Positions 63,982 to 64,000 of a stretch of DNA of 64,000 nt are shown one piece after another. Each line of letters starts with the position of its first letter. Position 1 is the stretch's first letter. Source of the DNA: Amoebidium appalachense. Lineage: Eukaryota > Protista > Ichthyosporea. The notes beneath the pieces are model-generated. The model made no database searches and had not been told where the DNA came from. It worked only from the letters and a program-made list of their open reading frames with translations. Position numbers and translations under genes: made by a program. The stretch covers positions 4,182,722 to 4,246,721 of the forward strand of contig CAVNZM010000013.1 in the NCBI GenBank assembly GCA_963693365.1, given 5' to 3'.

Positions 63982-64000
63982 CACCACCGCCTCACCCCAC

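Overview
Repeat-rich, intron-rich eukaryotic DNA. The gene set (transportin-3, TRAF-like, THAP) suggests a unicellular holozoan or other opisthokont, but that is inference. Most ORFs in the supplied track are translations of (GT)n/(CA)n, (GA)n and ~30-nt poly-G/C tracts. Host genes I could reconstruct: an 8-exon FAD-dependent monooxygenase (minus, 14770-22387), a degenerate or error-containing TRAF-like gene (plus, ~23500-26502), an intronless THAP/coiled-coil ORF (minus, 27886-28794), and 26 phase-consistent exons of a transportin-3/Mtr10 importin-beta (minus, 38241-63149; first exon not found, probably beyond the window end). The first 12 kb is a transposon nest: a CACTA/Plavaka-like transposase tail, a truncated Ngaro-type tyrosine-recombinase retroelement, and a DIRS pol (RT-RNaseH-methyltransferase) split by a young LTR element with a 5-bp TSD and a decayed interior. 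piggyBac-like and Helitron remnants and hAT/Kolobok-type MITEs also occur. Most notable: (i) a 3'-anchored, 5'-truncated intronic repeat family with covarying RNA hairpins that appears to insert into poly-G tracts; (ii) diverged 'echo' copies of exon 3' ends plus donor sites inside downstream introns; (iii) introns bracketed by 5' (GT)n and 3' (CA)n; (iv) many 3-6 bp palindromic footprint-like insertions.
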